DNA from: a virus
Lineage: Duplodnaviria > Caudoviricetes
Reading direction: 5' to 3' (one strand)
Virus record (IMG/VR): IMGVR_UViG_3300037294_000424
Location: 1-63,728 of that record
DNA length: 63,728 nucleotides
The position numbers and the translations under genes were made by a program. Each line of letters opens with the position of its first letter. Position 1 is the first letter of the stretch. The notes below the pieces were generated by a model. It searched no databases, was not told where the DNA came from, and worked only from the letters and a program-made list of their open reading frames with translations. Below are positions 37,056-47,612 of the stretch, piece by piece.

Positions 37056-40000
37056 TTATTTCTTTGATTTTATCTAGCCCGATACTAGCAGGGATAAACC
37101 ACCAACTGCCAGCAAAGCTATCAGTAAGATTGACCGTATAAAATGCGCCGTCCAACTCTTTAATTTCTTTCCTGATTTTAATTAAATGCCCGTCTTTGCC
37201 GTTCTTATCGTGCAAGCAGATAAGATCAGATGCTTTAAAGTTTCTGGCGGGGTTGTTGTACCATCGCTTACCTGATTCTACCTTCTTTGCTGGCTCGTTG
37301 ATCTCAACAGGGTTAAGCATGTAAGTAATGCCCGTGTCCGTCTCGCCTTTGCTAGTAATAACATCAAGCTCAGTTTTAGCCTCGGCGTTCACTTGCTCCC
37401 TGAACGCTTCAACTTTCTCGGTTTCGCTGGTGGCCGTTTCGACATCTTCAGGTAGCCCCAAAAGTGCGGCCTGAAGTGTTGCGGCGTTGTGAGATATCGC
37501 CATGGCGGCATTGGTCACGGCTGAAGTAAACCCACCTACGGCAATGTTTACTACATCGAGATCACTATCAGAAATACGCTCTAAGATTGCCAAGGCTGGG
37601 CCGTGCCAGTAATCCACGGTTCCAATCTCAACAGCAAAGCTACCCTCTTGGTTAAGGCTGCCTACTGTGGTTCGCACTCCGTCGCTCATAATGGCCTCTA
37701 ACAGCTCTTTGGCATGTTTCAACTGAGTATCATCATTAAGTGACTTTGTGACCTTGTAGGCTGCGTTTATGCCCTTATAAGTCGCTTCGCGCCTGTCGCT
37801 CTTCATTTGTTCCGCAAGCTTTTCAAAGTAGGATTTAGCCTCTTTAATGCCTGCCTCAAATGCGGAGACGTTATCAAACTCGGCTGGGATTGCCTTTTCT
37901 GCAAAGCTGCCCCATTCCCACGATGAGCTATAAGCGCCACTAGCAACCTTATCAAGTGCTGCTTTGCCCTCGTCGGTTTCAAGCCAAAGGTGATGCGTTT
38001 TCATCGCCCAAGAGTTTATCTGTCCGTCGGTTGCCGAGTTGCCGTAAGCTTCACAGTTAAGCAGCCAAGACTTGCCCAAAATGGCTTCATAGTAACCTGT
38101 GGGAGAGCCGTAACTTTTAGCTCTATTGGCACGGTCAGCAAGGATCCATTTAGCGAGCTTCTTTTTGAGGCTTGCATCATTTGGATCTGGGTAGACGTAG
38201 CGCTTACCTTCGACTTTATCAACCTCACCATATCCAGCGAAGAACGGCTCAAACTCGCCGTCTTCCATTATCAAAGCGTAGTAATTGCTGCTATTGCCCG
38301 CGCCACTGCCGTTTAGGCCAAGTCTTAGCTTCCCGTTTTCAATAGCCCAATAGAATTGCTTTTTAGTCAGCTTGTCACTTAGGCCTACAACGCTAATGCT
38401 TTGAGTGAGCGCGTTTTGTAAGTCAAGCTCGCTTTGTTCGATGTTGGTTTCACTTCTTAGCATACTAAGAGGGAGTGATTCAATTGAGCCTATCGTGTCG
38501 CGGCTATAGCTGCTTGATGTGTAAAGCAGGCGGGCAGTCACGGTCTTAAAGTCAAAATTAATCGACTCAATTTGGTAAATCTTGTCCTTTGTATCTACAT
38601 TTTTAGCAAAGACCTTAACTTCATACTTTTTACCAACGGCAAAAGTACGGCCCTCAAAAACAATAAACTTATCACCTTGGTCAATAACTCTGGCGTCAAT
38701 GTCGATTAGGCCCGTCTTAATAGCTTTCTCAACGGTCGGTCGCAAGCGTTTAATCTGAGATTCAGCCTTGTCGATGCGCTGCATTACCCGTGAAAGCGCA
38801 AGCTCTTTTTCTTGCGCTAGCTTTAGCCTCCCGTTTAATTCGTTAAGCGTTTTTCTTTCGTCCTTGGCTTGGTCTAAATACCAGTTCCCCATTGATTCAA
38901 TGGTTTTTGAGCGGGTGACATACCTATCTAACACCTCTTGACTGCTGGCAACTTGGGTTAGAAGTGTGGCGATTTCAGATCTTCTAGCTGCTAAGTCTGT
39001 GCGGATCTGTGTTGGGTCGGCCTTAATGTCGTGAGCTGCTTTGATATAGTTATTAAGGTCAATGCTGGCTCTAACTTTTTGTGCAGTCCTTACCTTCTCA
39101 AGCGCGGCCTTTTTGTTTTCAGCGATACGGGCTTCACGTTCGTCGGCGTCTTTCGCAAGTAGCAAGCTCATTTCTTCATTGTTGCTAGCGTCAGCATTGG
39201 CTAGGCGGTCGGCGTCAGAAGTGAATAGTTCATTCATCCATTCAGCCTTGCGCTTAAGGGCGCTTAATCTGAACTCATCAAAAGAGCCTTTACCTACATA
39301 ATAATGTGCTCTGACTTTCTTCTGCTTGGCCCCGACGCGAGCGCCACGGCCATTCCTTTGCTTGAGGCTGGCGGGTGCCCAAGGTAAAGTAAGATGATGG
39401 ATATCGGTTGTGCCGTGATGAAGGTTAACGCCTACCTCTGCCTTTTTGTTGGCAATAAGTACCTTGTATTGGCCCTCGTTATACGCCAACGCAATCTTTT
39501 CAAGGGATGCTTGCTCATTGTCAGCGTCTTTGCCGCCAACGGTATCAGCATTGATGATGGCAATATCCGCCGCCTTCATGCCCAGATGATTGGCGATAAT
39601 TCGCTTCAGTTTGTTGTGCTGGGTTTTCTCTTCGGTGAAGATAATTTGTTTTCCGTCTTCCAGTCCCGCCTTAAGATTCTCAATCAGTCGAGCATACTTA
39701 GGCGTGATAGGGTGGCTCACTTCCTCATCTTTAATCTTGAACTTAGCCAAGCGCTTGATCACTTCCTCTTCAAAGTCTTGGCGAACAACTAGCGTCACGG
39801 CCTTTGATGTAGTGTTAATCTTTGCGTTGTGCTCAAGCTTTATTGATGTGGTTTCGGCGTCTTCATCGTCCTTGTCCTCATCTTTCATCTTGAGGGTAAG
39901 TGAGTCGGGCAAGTCCTTCACAAGCTCCGCTATGGCTGCGGCTTGGCTGGCTGGAAAGACAAAGGTCATTTCTTTGTTATAAAGGTCAATGTCCGTCGTC

Positions 40001-43000
40001 ACGCGATCCATTTCACGGATGATCCTGAATACGCTATCAACGTCTTGACCTTGGGCCTTCAATGCGTCTTTGTCTGCTGCGCTAAGCTTACTTAGTACTT
40101 CAGCTCTGACTCGAAGATCTTCATAAATCGTTTGTTGCTCGGCGGTCATAGGGCATTCTTGCTCAATGTCCACAATATCAGGCACGGCAACCGTCTCGGA
40201 AACGTCTTTGGCCGTCTTCAGGTTAACGTGCTTATGGAATATGCCCCTAAGCCCAGAAAGGTTTCTGAAGCCAACTAGCGCGGTCTTCATTTCTACTTCG
40301 CCCGATAGCTTTTGTACTGGCACCTCATCGGTATCACCAAACACTTTGATAAAATCGTCAACGTCGGTGATCCCTAACTGGCTCCATTGATCAGGGGTCA
40401 TAACGTGAGAGAGCATGTTGAAAATATCGGTAGGGCTGTTAACGGTAGGTGTAGCAGATAGCATGACAACGCCACGGCCATCATTCTTAGCTTTGATTAA
40501 TTGGCCCTTGATTGCCATATCAACAGAGACTTGAGCACTGGCCTGAGTGGGTAGATAAGCAAGCTTTGACGACTCGCGGCCCGCTTTGTAGCTGTTGCGG
40601 TAGTTGTGGCCCTCGTCGATGATGACGTTATCAAAGCCCATATCCTCAAAGTAGGGGATATCGTTAGCTTTTTGAGTGCCTGTGTCGGCGTACTTCTCTT
40701 TGAACTTCTCGTTTTTAAGTGCTTCCCTGTGCTTCTTAGCTGCTGCAACGTACTTGCCGCCTAACATGCCAGCGTCAACCATTTTAGAAACGTAGTCGCC
40801 AACAGACTCAGGGCGCATAGGGATAGAAGCGTATTGCTCTTTGGTCAACACAACAGTAGTGAAATTAGAATGAGGTATTTGGTTTAACCTGATCTTAATT
40901 TCTTTGCTAGATAAGAATCTCACCTTATCCCTGAACATAGGCTCGCCCGTGTGCTTGTTGATCTTCACTTCGCCATTTTCATCAAGCACTTGCTCTTGGG
41001 CTACTGTGCCGTCTTTCCCCTGTACTGGGTCAATACCAATGAAGAGCATTTGGCTCATGTTCTCACGCCCAAAGAAAGCCTTTGATTCGTGATACCAGTT
41101 TTCTATAACCGCTTTAGGCACGACAAGGCCCGTTCTTCTGGCTCGGCCTAGCTCGGTGTTATAAGCAATTAAGCCCAATGCTGTTGCTGACTTGCCTAGG
41201 CCTGTGCCAAAGCCACAAATACCGCCGCCTGTTTCGCTCAGTCTGCGTATTTCAGCACATTGATAATCAAAGTTAACTATCTCACCTGAAACATTCTTAA
41301 GGGCTATAGGAGCGCCTGAGTGCTCAATAGGAATAAAGCCGTTAAACTTATCGTTATAGCGGTTAACAAGCTGGTCTATGTCGTCATGCTGGCGTAACCA
41401 GATAGCAAAGTCAGCCTCGACGTCTTTGATCCGAGACTTGTAAGCTGAAGCTGCGGCGGCGTCAGAGCTGCGAACTGGGAGGCCGTTTAGGTAGTTTTCA
41501 ATCTGTCGCTCAAATTGCTCATGCGTGTTGTTTCGCTTTTTGCCGCCTCGGGTCTGGTAGCCAGAGAATAAGCCATCGTCGCCCGTGTAGTTTTCATTAT
41601 CGAACTGATCGCCAAATTCATCTTCTTCAACTTTTGAATAGGCAATATCAGCGTATCCATTCTCTTTTAAAAACTCGGTGACATAAGAGCGCGGCAACCA
41701 TTTTGCATTCATGGTCATATCAATAGAATCAACGCCTGTGCGAATGCGCTTACGCTCAATCTCATCTAACTGGCGCTGATAGTTATCAAGCATTGCCTCG
41801 CTGGTTTCTGCGGCCATTGCAGCCAATAAGCGATCCTTTGTTTTTACGATATCGCCGCTGGTGGCCCTATCAAGTGGTGCAAGCAGTCCGTCGGGCGTGA
41901 TGGCTATCCCTTCAATGCCTGCCAACTCTTCCAAGCTGGTGGCCGTGCCTGTGTATGCTGCTAGAAACTCATCCATGGGTACGGGGATCAAGTCTCTAAC
42001 TGCAAACAGATGGCCCACGGTCTGGGTTGCGTCGGTAGAGTCAAAGGCTATCGTTTCACCCTTAACGACTAAGCCGTTAAGTAGCTGGGAAAACTCGCCA
42101 TTCTTATCAAGTGATGATGAGAACGCATTCCAGTAATTAGCATTCTTGCCAGTGAGCACAGCTAGCTTGCCACTTTTAGCGGGTATGCCGTATTTCTGAG
42201 ACTCGGCCAGTACAAGGGATCTTGCTTCCGCTAATAGTGTTTCATCGGCTTCATTAGAGAACTGAAGCGCTTGAATGCTCATTCCTATAATTGAACCCCT
42301 AACAACTTGCGGGCGGTACTTCTCATCTAATTTAGACGCCAGCTTGATAAAGTCGCTTACTGGGCCTTTTGTTAGGAACGGAAAGTCTTTGTGAACGGCA
42401 AGAAGCTGATCGTGTGTTAGTGACAATGCGCCTGAAGGCCTTGCGAGTAGCGCGGCTAATTGTTCGGTACTCGATGCGCCGTAAAGATCAGGGTTTAATG
42501 TGCCGTCGCTATTTTCGCGTTTAATCGGCTCCCAGTTGCCGCTAACAAGCTGCATCCAACGGCCATTGATAAGCTTCTCATCGCCTTCAGTGTAAGCAAT
42601 GGGTAGCGGCTCAGAAGCTTGCAGGCTTTCCCAGTCAATGCGGCTTTCAAACTTGTGGCCTAATTTCTCTTTAAGTGCGGCATTAGTTAGGGCGTTGCTG
42701 TTATTAACGACAAGCTTATTCTGGAACGCTAGGCGCTCAGATTCGCCATGGACAAAGCGCTTACCTTCGGGGCTATCAAACCACTTACCGTTAATGAACG
42801 TGTCCCATAGGACGTTAGCGGTCTTTAAATCAGCGTCCTTGAGGTTAGGCAAGGTGCCTGCTAGCTCTTCAGAGTGTTTTCTCAGGAATATGATATCGGT
42901 AACTACATCGGTGCCTGAGTCGCTAAATACGCCCGATGGCAAGCGGTGAGCGCCTAGGAACTCTGCTTTACGGCTAATGAGGCGGCGCATTTTCTTAGTG

Positions 43001-43800
43001 TCGCTACCGCTAATGATGCGAGTCGGTACAACTAGGCCTATGAGGCCACCAGCTTTAACCTTGTCTATAACGCGCACAACAAAGTAATCGGCAATGTTTG
43101 AAAACTCTTTGGACGCTGGATCAGGATCCATAACTGCCGTCGCGCCTCTGGCTGTACCAAATGGCACGTTACCAATGCAGCTATCAAAGGTGCCGTCTTC
43201 AACGTCGGCGGCCAGCTTTTCAAAGGGTTGGTTTAATACCATATCTTCAGGGTGCAATAGCTGATTAACCGAGCTTGATGTTTTATCAATCTCACTCGAC
43301 GTCATGAGAGTACCTTTAGGCTTGGTCGCTTGGAATACGCCTGTGCCTGCTGATGGCTCTAAGCCATTGCCGCCACTAAAGCCCATAGCGGTTAAGCCGT
43401 CCCATACGCCCGCCGCAATCTCTGTCGGCGTGTAGTATTCATGGATATGGCCGCCAGTGTCACTAACGGTATCGGTGCCGCCAATACCTGAGTATTTTCT
43501 CAGGGTCAGCTTGTCGTCTTCAGTTAGCTTGCTGTGATCCCCTTTAACACGATCAATCACTTCAAGGGCCGCTTCATTGGCCTCTTTTCTTAATCGGTTA
43601 ATGGATACGCCGCTCACCTTTGACACGCCCATAACTGGCGCATTGTCGGGTGTATTGGTTGTTTCAGGATCTTGGCTGGTGGGTTGTTCTGTTGCGGTTA
43701 ATGGGGTGGGTAATGCGTATATTTCACTAAGCGTCGCTTTAAGCTCAGTGGCGTTTTTAACGCTTAATATACGGCTGATAACGTCTTTTAATTCAAACAT
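37045..43800 (-). CDS. darB: DarB: N6-adenine methyltransferase plus SNF2 helicase antirestriction protein
   Basis: 2251 aa; LEPSAGTG and GNVPFG MTase motifs; GTGLGKS, IIDEGH, SAT and QRNGRGAR helicase motifs. Confidence 0.92.
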   Translation of the reverse strand: MFELKDVISRILSVKNATELKATLSEIYALPTPLTATEQPTSQDPETTNTPDNAPVMGVSKVSGVSINRLRKEANEAALEVIDRVKGDHSKLTEDDKLTLRKYSGIGGTDTVSDTGGHIHEYYTPTEIAAGVWDGLTAMGFSGGNGLEPSAGTGVFQATKPKGTLMTSSEIDKTSSSVNQLLHPEDMVLNQPFEKLAADVEDGTFDSCIGNVPFGTARGATAVMDPDPASKEFSNIADYFVVRVIDKVKAGGLIGLVVPTRIISGSDTKKMRRLISRKAEFLGAHRLPSGVFSDSGTDVVTDIIFLRKHSEELAGTLPNLKDADLKTANVLWDTFINGKWFDSPEGKRFVHGESERLAFQNKLVVNNSNALTNAALKEKLGHKFESRIDWESLQASEPLPIAYTEGDEKLINGRWMQLVSGNWEPIKRENSDGTLNPDLYGASSTEQLAALLARPSGALSLTHDQLLAVHKDFPFLTKGPVSDFIKLASKLDEKYRPQVVRGSIIGMSIQALQFSNEADETLLAEARSLVLAESQKYGIPAKSGKLAVLTGKNANYWNAFSSSLDKNGEFSQLLNGLVVKGETIAFDSTDATQTVGHLFAVRDLIPVPMDEFLAAYTGTATSLEELAGIEGIAITPDGLLAPLDRATSGDIVKTKDRLLAAMAAETSEAMLDNYQRQLDEIERKRIRTGVDSIDMTMNAKWLPRSYVTEFLKENGYADIAYSKVEEDEFGDQFDNENYTGDDGLFSGYQTRGGKKRNNTHEQFERQIENYLNGLPVRSSDAAAASAYKSRIKDVEADFAIWLRQHDDIDQLVNRYNDKFNGFIPIEHSGAPIALKNVSGEIVNFDYQCAEIRRLSETGGGICGFGTGLGKSATALGLIAYNTELGRARRTGLVVPKAVIENWYHESKAFFGRENMSQMLFIGIDPVQGKDGTVAQEQVLDENGEVKINKHTGEPMFRDKVRFLSSKEIKIRLNQIPHSNFTTVVLTKEQYASIPMRPESVGDYVSKMVDAGMLGGKYVAAAKKHREALKNEKFKEKYADTGTQKANDIPYFEDMGFDNVIIDEGHNYRNSYKAGRESSKLAYLPTQASAQVSVDMAIKGQLIKAKNDGRGVVMLSATPTVNSPTDIFNMLSHVMTPDQWSQLGITDVDDFIKVFGDTDEVPVQKLSGEVEMKTALVGFRNLSGLRGIFHKHVNLKTAKDVSETVAVPDIVDIEQECPMTAEQQTIYEDLRVRAEVLSKLSAADKDALKAQGQDVDSVFRIIREMDRVTTDIDLYNKEMTFVFPASQAAAIAELVKDLPDSLTLKMKDEDKDDEDAETTSIKLEHNAKINTTSKAVTLVVRQDFEEEVIKRLAKFKIKDEEVSHPITPKYARLIENLKAGLEDGKQIIFTEEKTQHNKLKRIIANHLGMKAADIAIINADTVGGKDADNEQASLEKIALAYNEGQYKVLIANKKAEVGVNLHHGTTDIHHLTLPWAPASLKQRNGRGARVGAKQKKVRAHYYVGKGSFDEFRLSALKRKAEWMNELFTSDADRLANADASNNEEMSLLLAKDADEREARIAENKKAALEKVRTAQKVRASIDLNNYIKAAHDIKADPTQIRTDLAARRSEIATLLTQVASSQEVLDRYVTRSKTIESMGNWYLDQAKDERKTLNELNGRLKLAQEKELALSRVMQRIDKAESQIKRLRPTVEKAIKTGLIDIDARVIDQGDKFIVFEGRTFAVGKKYEVKVFAKNVDTKDKIYQIESINFDFKTVTARLLYTSSSYSRDTIGSIESLPLSMLRSETNIEQSELDLQNALTQSISVVGLSDKLTKKQFYWAIENGKLRLGLNGSGAGNSSNYYALIMEDGEFEPFFAGYGEVDKVEGKRYVYPDPNDASLKKKLAKWILADRANRAKSYGSPTGYYEAILGKSWLLNCEAYGNSATDGQINSWAMKTHHLWLETDEGKAALDKVASGAYSSSWEWGSFAEKAIPAEFDNVSAFEAGIKEAKSYFEKLAEQMKSDRREATYKGINAAYKVTKSLNDDTQLKHAKELLEAIMSDGVRTTVGSLNQEGSFAVEIGTVDYWHGPALAILERISDSDLDVVNIAVGGFTSAVTNAAMAISHNAATLQAALLGLPEDVETATSETEKVEAFREQVNAEAKTELDVITSKGETDTGITYMLNPVEINEPAKKVESGKRWYNNPARNFKASDLICLHDKNGKDGHLIKIRKEIKELDGAFYTVNLTDSFAGSWWFIPASIGLDKIKEIIGA

Positions 43801-43956
43801 TTTAAGCCTCCAATCTAAGGTTTAAGGATGCTAACACTTGGGGCTATACAGCCTTTAAAAGACGGGGATTTAAGGGCGTTGACGCTTCATTGGATTGGTA
43901 TATAATTAGTATGTAGCGTTGCTATATACTTCCAAATAAAAGATTGAGAGGTTGTT

Positions 43957-44187
43957 ATGTTAAAAGGTTCAGTGTTTGTGGCTAACCGTACTCAGGCGGT
44001 ACGCTTGCCTTTAGAGGCTCGCTTTCCTGTAGATGTAAAAAGTGTTCTGGTTAGGATTGTCGGAGCAGAGAGGGTGCTGACGCCTGCCGATAGTAGTTGG
44101 GATAGTTTCTTCTTTGGCCCAGAGGTGTCTAATGATTTTATGAGTGAGCGCTCAAATCAAGAGCAGAAAGAAAGGGAGGCGTTTTAA
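43957..44187 (+). CDS. vapB: VapB antitoxin (AbrB/SpoVT-type)
   Basis: VF..NRTQAVRLP...RF...SWDSFF. Confidence 0.92.
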   Translation: MLKGSVFVANRTQAVRLPLEARFPVDVKSVLVRIVGAERVLTPADSSWDSFFFGPEVSNDFMSERSNQEQKEREAF

Positions 44188-44585
44188 TGCTCAAGTTCAT
44201 GCTTGACACAAATATATGTATTTACGTAATAAAAAGAAAACCCTTGGAAGTGCTGAAAAAGTTTAATGATTGTGCAAGTGAATTGTGCATTTCCTCAATC
44301 ACATTAGCTGAACTGTTACACGGGGCTGAGAAGAGTGAGCGAAGGCTGGAAAATTTGAGAGTAGTTGAGGATTTTGTATCAAGGCTAGACGTATTGGATT
44401 ATTCAGCTAAGGCCGCCGCTCATTACGGGGATATTAGGGCGTTTTTAGAGAAGAAAGGACAGATTATAGGTGTAAACGACCTGCATATAGCCGCTCATGC
44501 AAGAAGCGAGGCTTTAGTAGTTGTCAGTAATAATCTAAAAGAGTTTGATAGGGTTGACGGCTTGCGCTCGGTCAACTGGATTTAG
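44187..44585 (+). CDS. vapC: VapC PIN-domain toxin
   Basis: MLDTNICIY, EL..G, IG.NDLHIAAHA and N.KEF.RV.GL motifs. Confidence 0.95.
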   Translation: MLKFMLDTNICIYVIKRKPLEVLKKFNDCASELCISSITLAELLHGAEKSERRLENLRVVEDFVSRLDVLDYSAKAAAHYGDIRAFLEKKGQIIGVNDLHIAAHARSEALVVVSNNLKEFDRVDGLRSVNWI

Positions 44586-44691
44586 CTCCGCGCAATGCGG
44601 CTACCTTCTAGGCGCTAATAGCCCTGTTTTTTCGTGTGCTTACTGTCAGTTGTTATTATCTCGGCCATTATGTTTAAGGGCTGGGGTTAAA

Positions 44692-46362
44692 GTGGATAAG
44701 AACAAAGAGGGAGTAGGGCTGGTTTCCATTTTTAAGCAGCTCTTTACAGGCTTTAATGAAGACGACAATAACGACTTATCAGCTAACTACGAGACGGGTT
44801 CAAGCGTGTCTAGTCGTGCGGTGCCTGAAGGCTCAGACGCAGGGTTAGATCCTAGTGGCGTGAAAATGTCGGGGGCGGGTAGCAATCATTTGAGCGAGTT
44901 TAAGCTCCCCCGTGATAGAGAAGCCCGCTATGACATTTACCAAGAAATGGCCCGTACAGAGTTAGTATCTGCCTGCCTTCAAATGCACATTGCCTATGCT
45001 CTGGCCCCTGATATGGAAACGGGGAGCATTATTGATATCCGATCCAATGATCCAGCGTTTGCAGATTTAGCCAAAGAAATTAACGAAGACTTGGGCCACT
45101 TGCTCAACGCCAATTTAACGAGCTGGGCTTGGTTAATGTGCATTTACGGTGTGCATTATGTGAGGCCGTTCGGTGAAGTGGGTAAGGGAATTACTGATAT
45201 TGAATCAAACTATTTCACGCTGCCAAAGCACATAAAAGAGTTTATGCGCGGGGATCGCCTGTGTGGCTTCACCTCTGAGTACCTAAAGGAAAAAGAGGGT
45301 GAAGATATACGACTGGCTGAGCCGTGGGCCTTGGTAGCGCTTAAGGTGCCGTTCTGGTCGCCTGATCTTGATGATGAACCCGTTCGGGCTGGTTCAGAAA
45401 AGTACAGCCTCTACACAGACCTACACAGGCGCAAGCCTATTGAGACTCAAAACTATGGCACTTCATTTTTAGAGTGTGCGTATTCCGCTTGGGGTGAACT
45501 GTCCGAGTCGGTGAAGTCATTGCGTGGATCACGTTATAACGCCAGTCGAGTGGATCGTTTTATTGCAGTAGGTATGGAAGGACTTGATCCAGCGTCTTCT
45601 AGCCGCTACATGAATGTTATCTCTAATCAGATGAGGCAAGACGAGCAGGCCGAGTATAGCGTCGCTAAGCGAAAAGGCTTGATAGCCACGACTTGGAATA
45701 AGATTATCCCTGTGCTTTCAGGCGGCAAAGGCGGCGTGACAATCGACACTAGCCAAACGTCACCCGATATCAACGGCATTGAAGACACCATGTTTAACCT
45801 GAAGCGCTTTTGCTCGGCCATGGGCGTTGATCCATCGCTAATTGGTTGGAGCGATATGATGCAAGGTGGCCTAGGTGATGGCGGTTGGGCTAGGACTAGC
45901 ATTATTGCGGCCCTTCGCGCTAACTGGATCAGGATAGGTATCAGAGAAATGACCATGCGGCTCATTGATATTCATCTTGCGTACAAGTATCAAAAAACAT
46001 TCCCACGGAATAAATCCCCCTTCACGGTTCACTTCCATTCTATCAACACGGCCCTAGCGATTGAAAAGGCTGATGAGCTGCAAGCTAAGGTTGATTTCTC
46101 AACGTCGGTAGCCACGGTGCTGGATATGATTAATCAAGGCTCTATGGCCCATTCAGAGACGTTCAAGCGCAACACAATGAGCGAGCTTGGGATCTCGGAT
46201 GACGATATCAAACTAATCCTTGATGAGCTTGAGAAAGCCCCTAAGCCTGATGAGGGCATGTATGAGTCAGTAAAGGGTGAAAGCATAGATCAGCGAGTAG
46301 AGCGATTAGTTAATTCGAGATTAGAAGCAATTTTTTCAAGTAAAGGTGATCATGATGAGTAG
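44692..46362 (+). CDS. prt: Portal protein (P1 Prt-like)
   Basis: About 556 aa from GTG 44692; divergent from darB and followed by pro as in P1; T4 gp20-like features (R..RY..Y.EM). Confidence 0.8.
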   Translation: MDKNKEGVGLVSIFKQLFTGFNEDDNNDLSANYETGSSVSSRAVPEGSDAGLDPSGVKMSGAGSNHLSEFKLPRDREARYDIYQEMARTELVSACLQMHIAYALAPDMETGSIIDIRSNDPAFADLAKEINEDLGHLLNANLTSWAWLMCIYGVHYVRPFGEVGKGITDIESNYFTLPKHIKEFMRGDRLCGFTSEYLKEKEGEDIRLAEPWALVALKVPFWSPDLDDEPVRAGSEKYSLYTDLHRRKPIETQNYGTSFLECAYSAWGELSESVKSLRGSRYNASRVDRFIAVGMEGLDPASSSRYMNVISNQMRQDEQAEYSVAKRKGLIATTWNKIIPVLSGGKGGVTIDTSQTSPDINGIEDTMFNLKRFCSAMGVDPSLIGWSDMMQGGLGDGGWARTSIIAALRANWIRIGIREMTMRLIDIHLAYKYQKTFPRNKSPFTVHFHSINTALAIEKADELQAKVDFSTSVATVLDMINQGSMAHSETFKRNTMSELGISDDDIKLILDELEKAPKPDEGMYESVKGESIDQRVERLVNSRLEAIFSSKGDHDE

Positions 46363-47347
46363 AGAGAAAGTAGGGGTGTTAGAGACTGTGACCGACAGCT
46401 TTAACCTAAAGGATCATGGCCGCTCAGATGGCAATGGCCGTGGCTACCTTGTTGATTCGGTCAAGCGAGTTATCAACTCTGATTTTTATAAAGAGCGATT
46501 AAAGCTAGGTGAGTTATACGGGTACTTTGGTCACTCGTTGCGTCAAATGGCCGATAAGATGGATCTTGATGAGGTCACAGTGATCCAGTACAAGGGCAAA
46601 CCCGTTGTTATTGAGTCAGTGCCAAGTAACAGAACAGTATTTTTTGACGTAACCCCTGATGGCATTGTTACGCACACGCAAGAGATCTTAGATACGCCCG
46701 CTGGCCGAGCAGTAAAGGCTATGCGTGATGCTGGGGTAGGCGGTTGGTCTTGGGCAGTGAAAGGCGTCCCTACTGCCATGGGCGCTATTGCTCGCTCATT
46801 CCACGGTTTCGATTTCGTTAAACATCCAAGCTATATCAATGTAGAAAAGCAGCAAGCCATGTTTGAAAGCGTGGGCGTCGATAATGAAGATGATTTATTG
46901 CAATCTTTGTTTGAGTCTGCGGGGTTTGATGCTGGTCAGGCTGGCAAGTTGTTAGGGGTGTTACATCGCAGAGCGCCGACGGCAGAAGATCATGATGAAT
47001 CGGTAATGGAAATTATGATGCTTGAGTCTGCCTTATCGTTCAAAGATAAAGAGCTGGCTACGTTGGTAACGGAAAACGAGCAGCGAACTTTTAGAATGTT
47101 TGAGGCTCTGAAGGCGTTGCCAATCTTTACCAGCGAGCGCCAGCTTCAAGCGCTATGCAATATGACGACGGATGAAGATAAAGAAATTGCTCTGAGCTTG
47201 TTTGAGTCAATCAGCAAGGGCTTTGGAGACTTGCCCATGGGCGTGGGTCAATCGGTAATGATAAAGCCAGCTAGTGGCAAGGTTGACGAGGAAACTCAGG
47301 CTCACGCGATTTCATTCTCAAACTTGGGTCTATCGCCGTTCGGCTAA
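46352..47347 (+). CDS. pro: Prohead protease (P1 Pro-like)
   Basis: GYFGH, ILDTPAG, GGWSW and GFDFV..PS motifs of T4 gp21-type proteases. Confidence 0.85.
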   Translation: MMSREKVGVLETVTDSFNLKDHGRSDGNGRGYLVDSVKRVINSDFYKERLKLGELYGYFGHSLRQMADKMDLDEVTVIQYKGKPVVIESVPSNRTVFFDVTPDGIVTHTQEILDTPAGRAVKAMRDAGVGGWSWAVKGVPTAMGAIARSFHGFDFVKHPSYINVEKQQAMFESVGVDNEDDLLQSLFESAGFDAGQAGKLLGVLHRRAPTAEDHDESVMEIMMLESALSFKDKELATLVTENEQRTFRMFEALKALPIFTSERQLQALCNMTTDEDKEIALSLFESISKGFGDLPMGVGQSVMIKPASGKVDEETQAHAISFSNLGLSPFG

Positions 47348-47366
47348 CCCAGTTATTAATGTCTGA

Positions 47367-47407
47367 CAACAATAAGGCCCAGTTTAATAGCTGGGCCTTA
47401 TTGTTTT
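47367..47407. terminator. Bidirectional terminator
   Basis: AACAATAAGGCCCAG...CTGGGCCTTATTGTT. Confidence 0.75.
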
Positions 47408-47612
47408 AGTACCCAGCGTCCATGCTGAAGGTTACGTCAATCCCGCTGCTTTTCATTACCGTGAAAAATATAGAGTCCTCGGATAGCTCTGATATAAAGG
47501 TATTAGCAAAGATTTCGCCTTCTTTTGACATATAATCTGCTGAAACCATAACAGCAAAGTGCTCGCGCTTAAATGCGGGATAGAAAACCCCCTGTTAGGG
47601 GGTTTTTATTGG

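Noticed and set aside
37990-43825. Numerous plus-strand ORFs inside darB, and similar antisense ORFs in other genes
   Set aside because: Shadow frames of long coding genes with no RBS or motifs
44545-44691. Extended portal N-terminus from TTG 44545
   Set aside because: Overlaps vapC and lacks an RBS; GTG 44692 is more plausible
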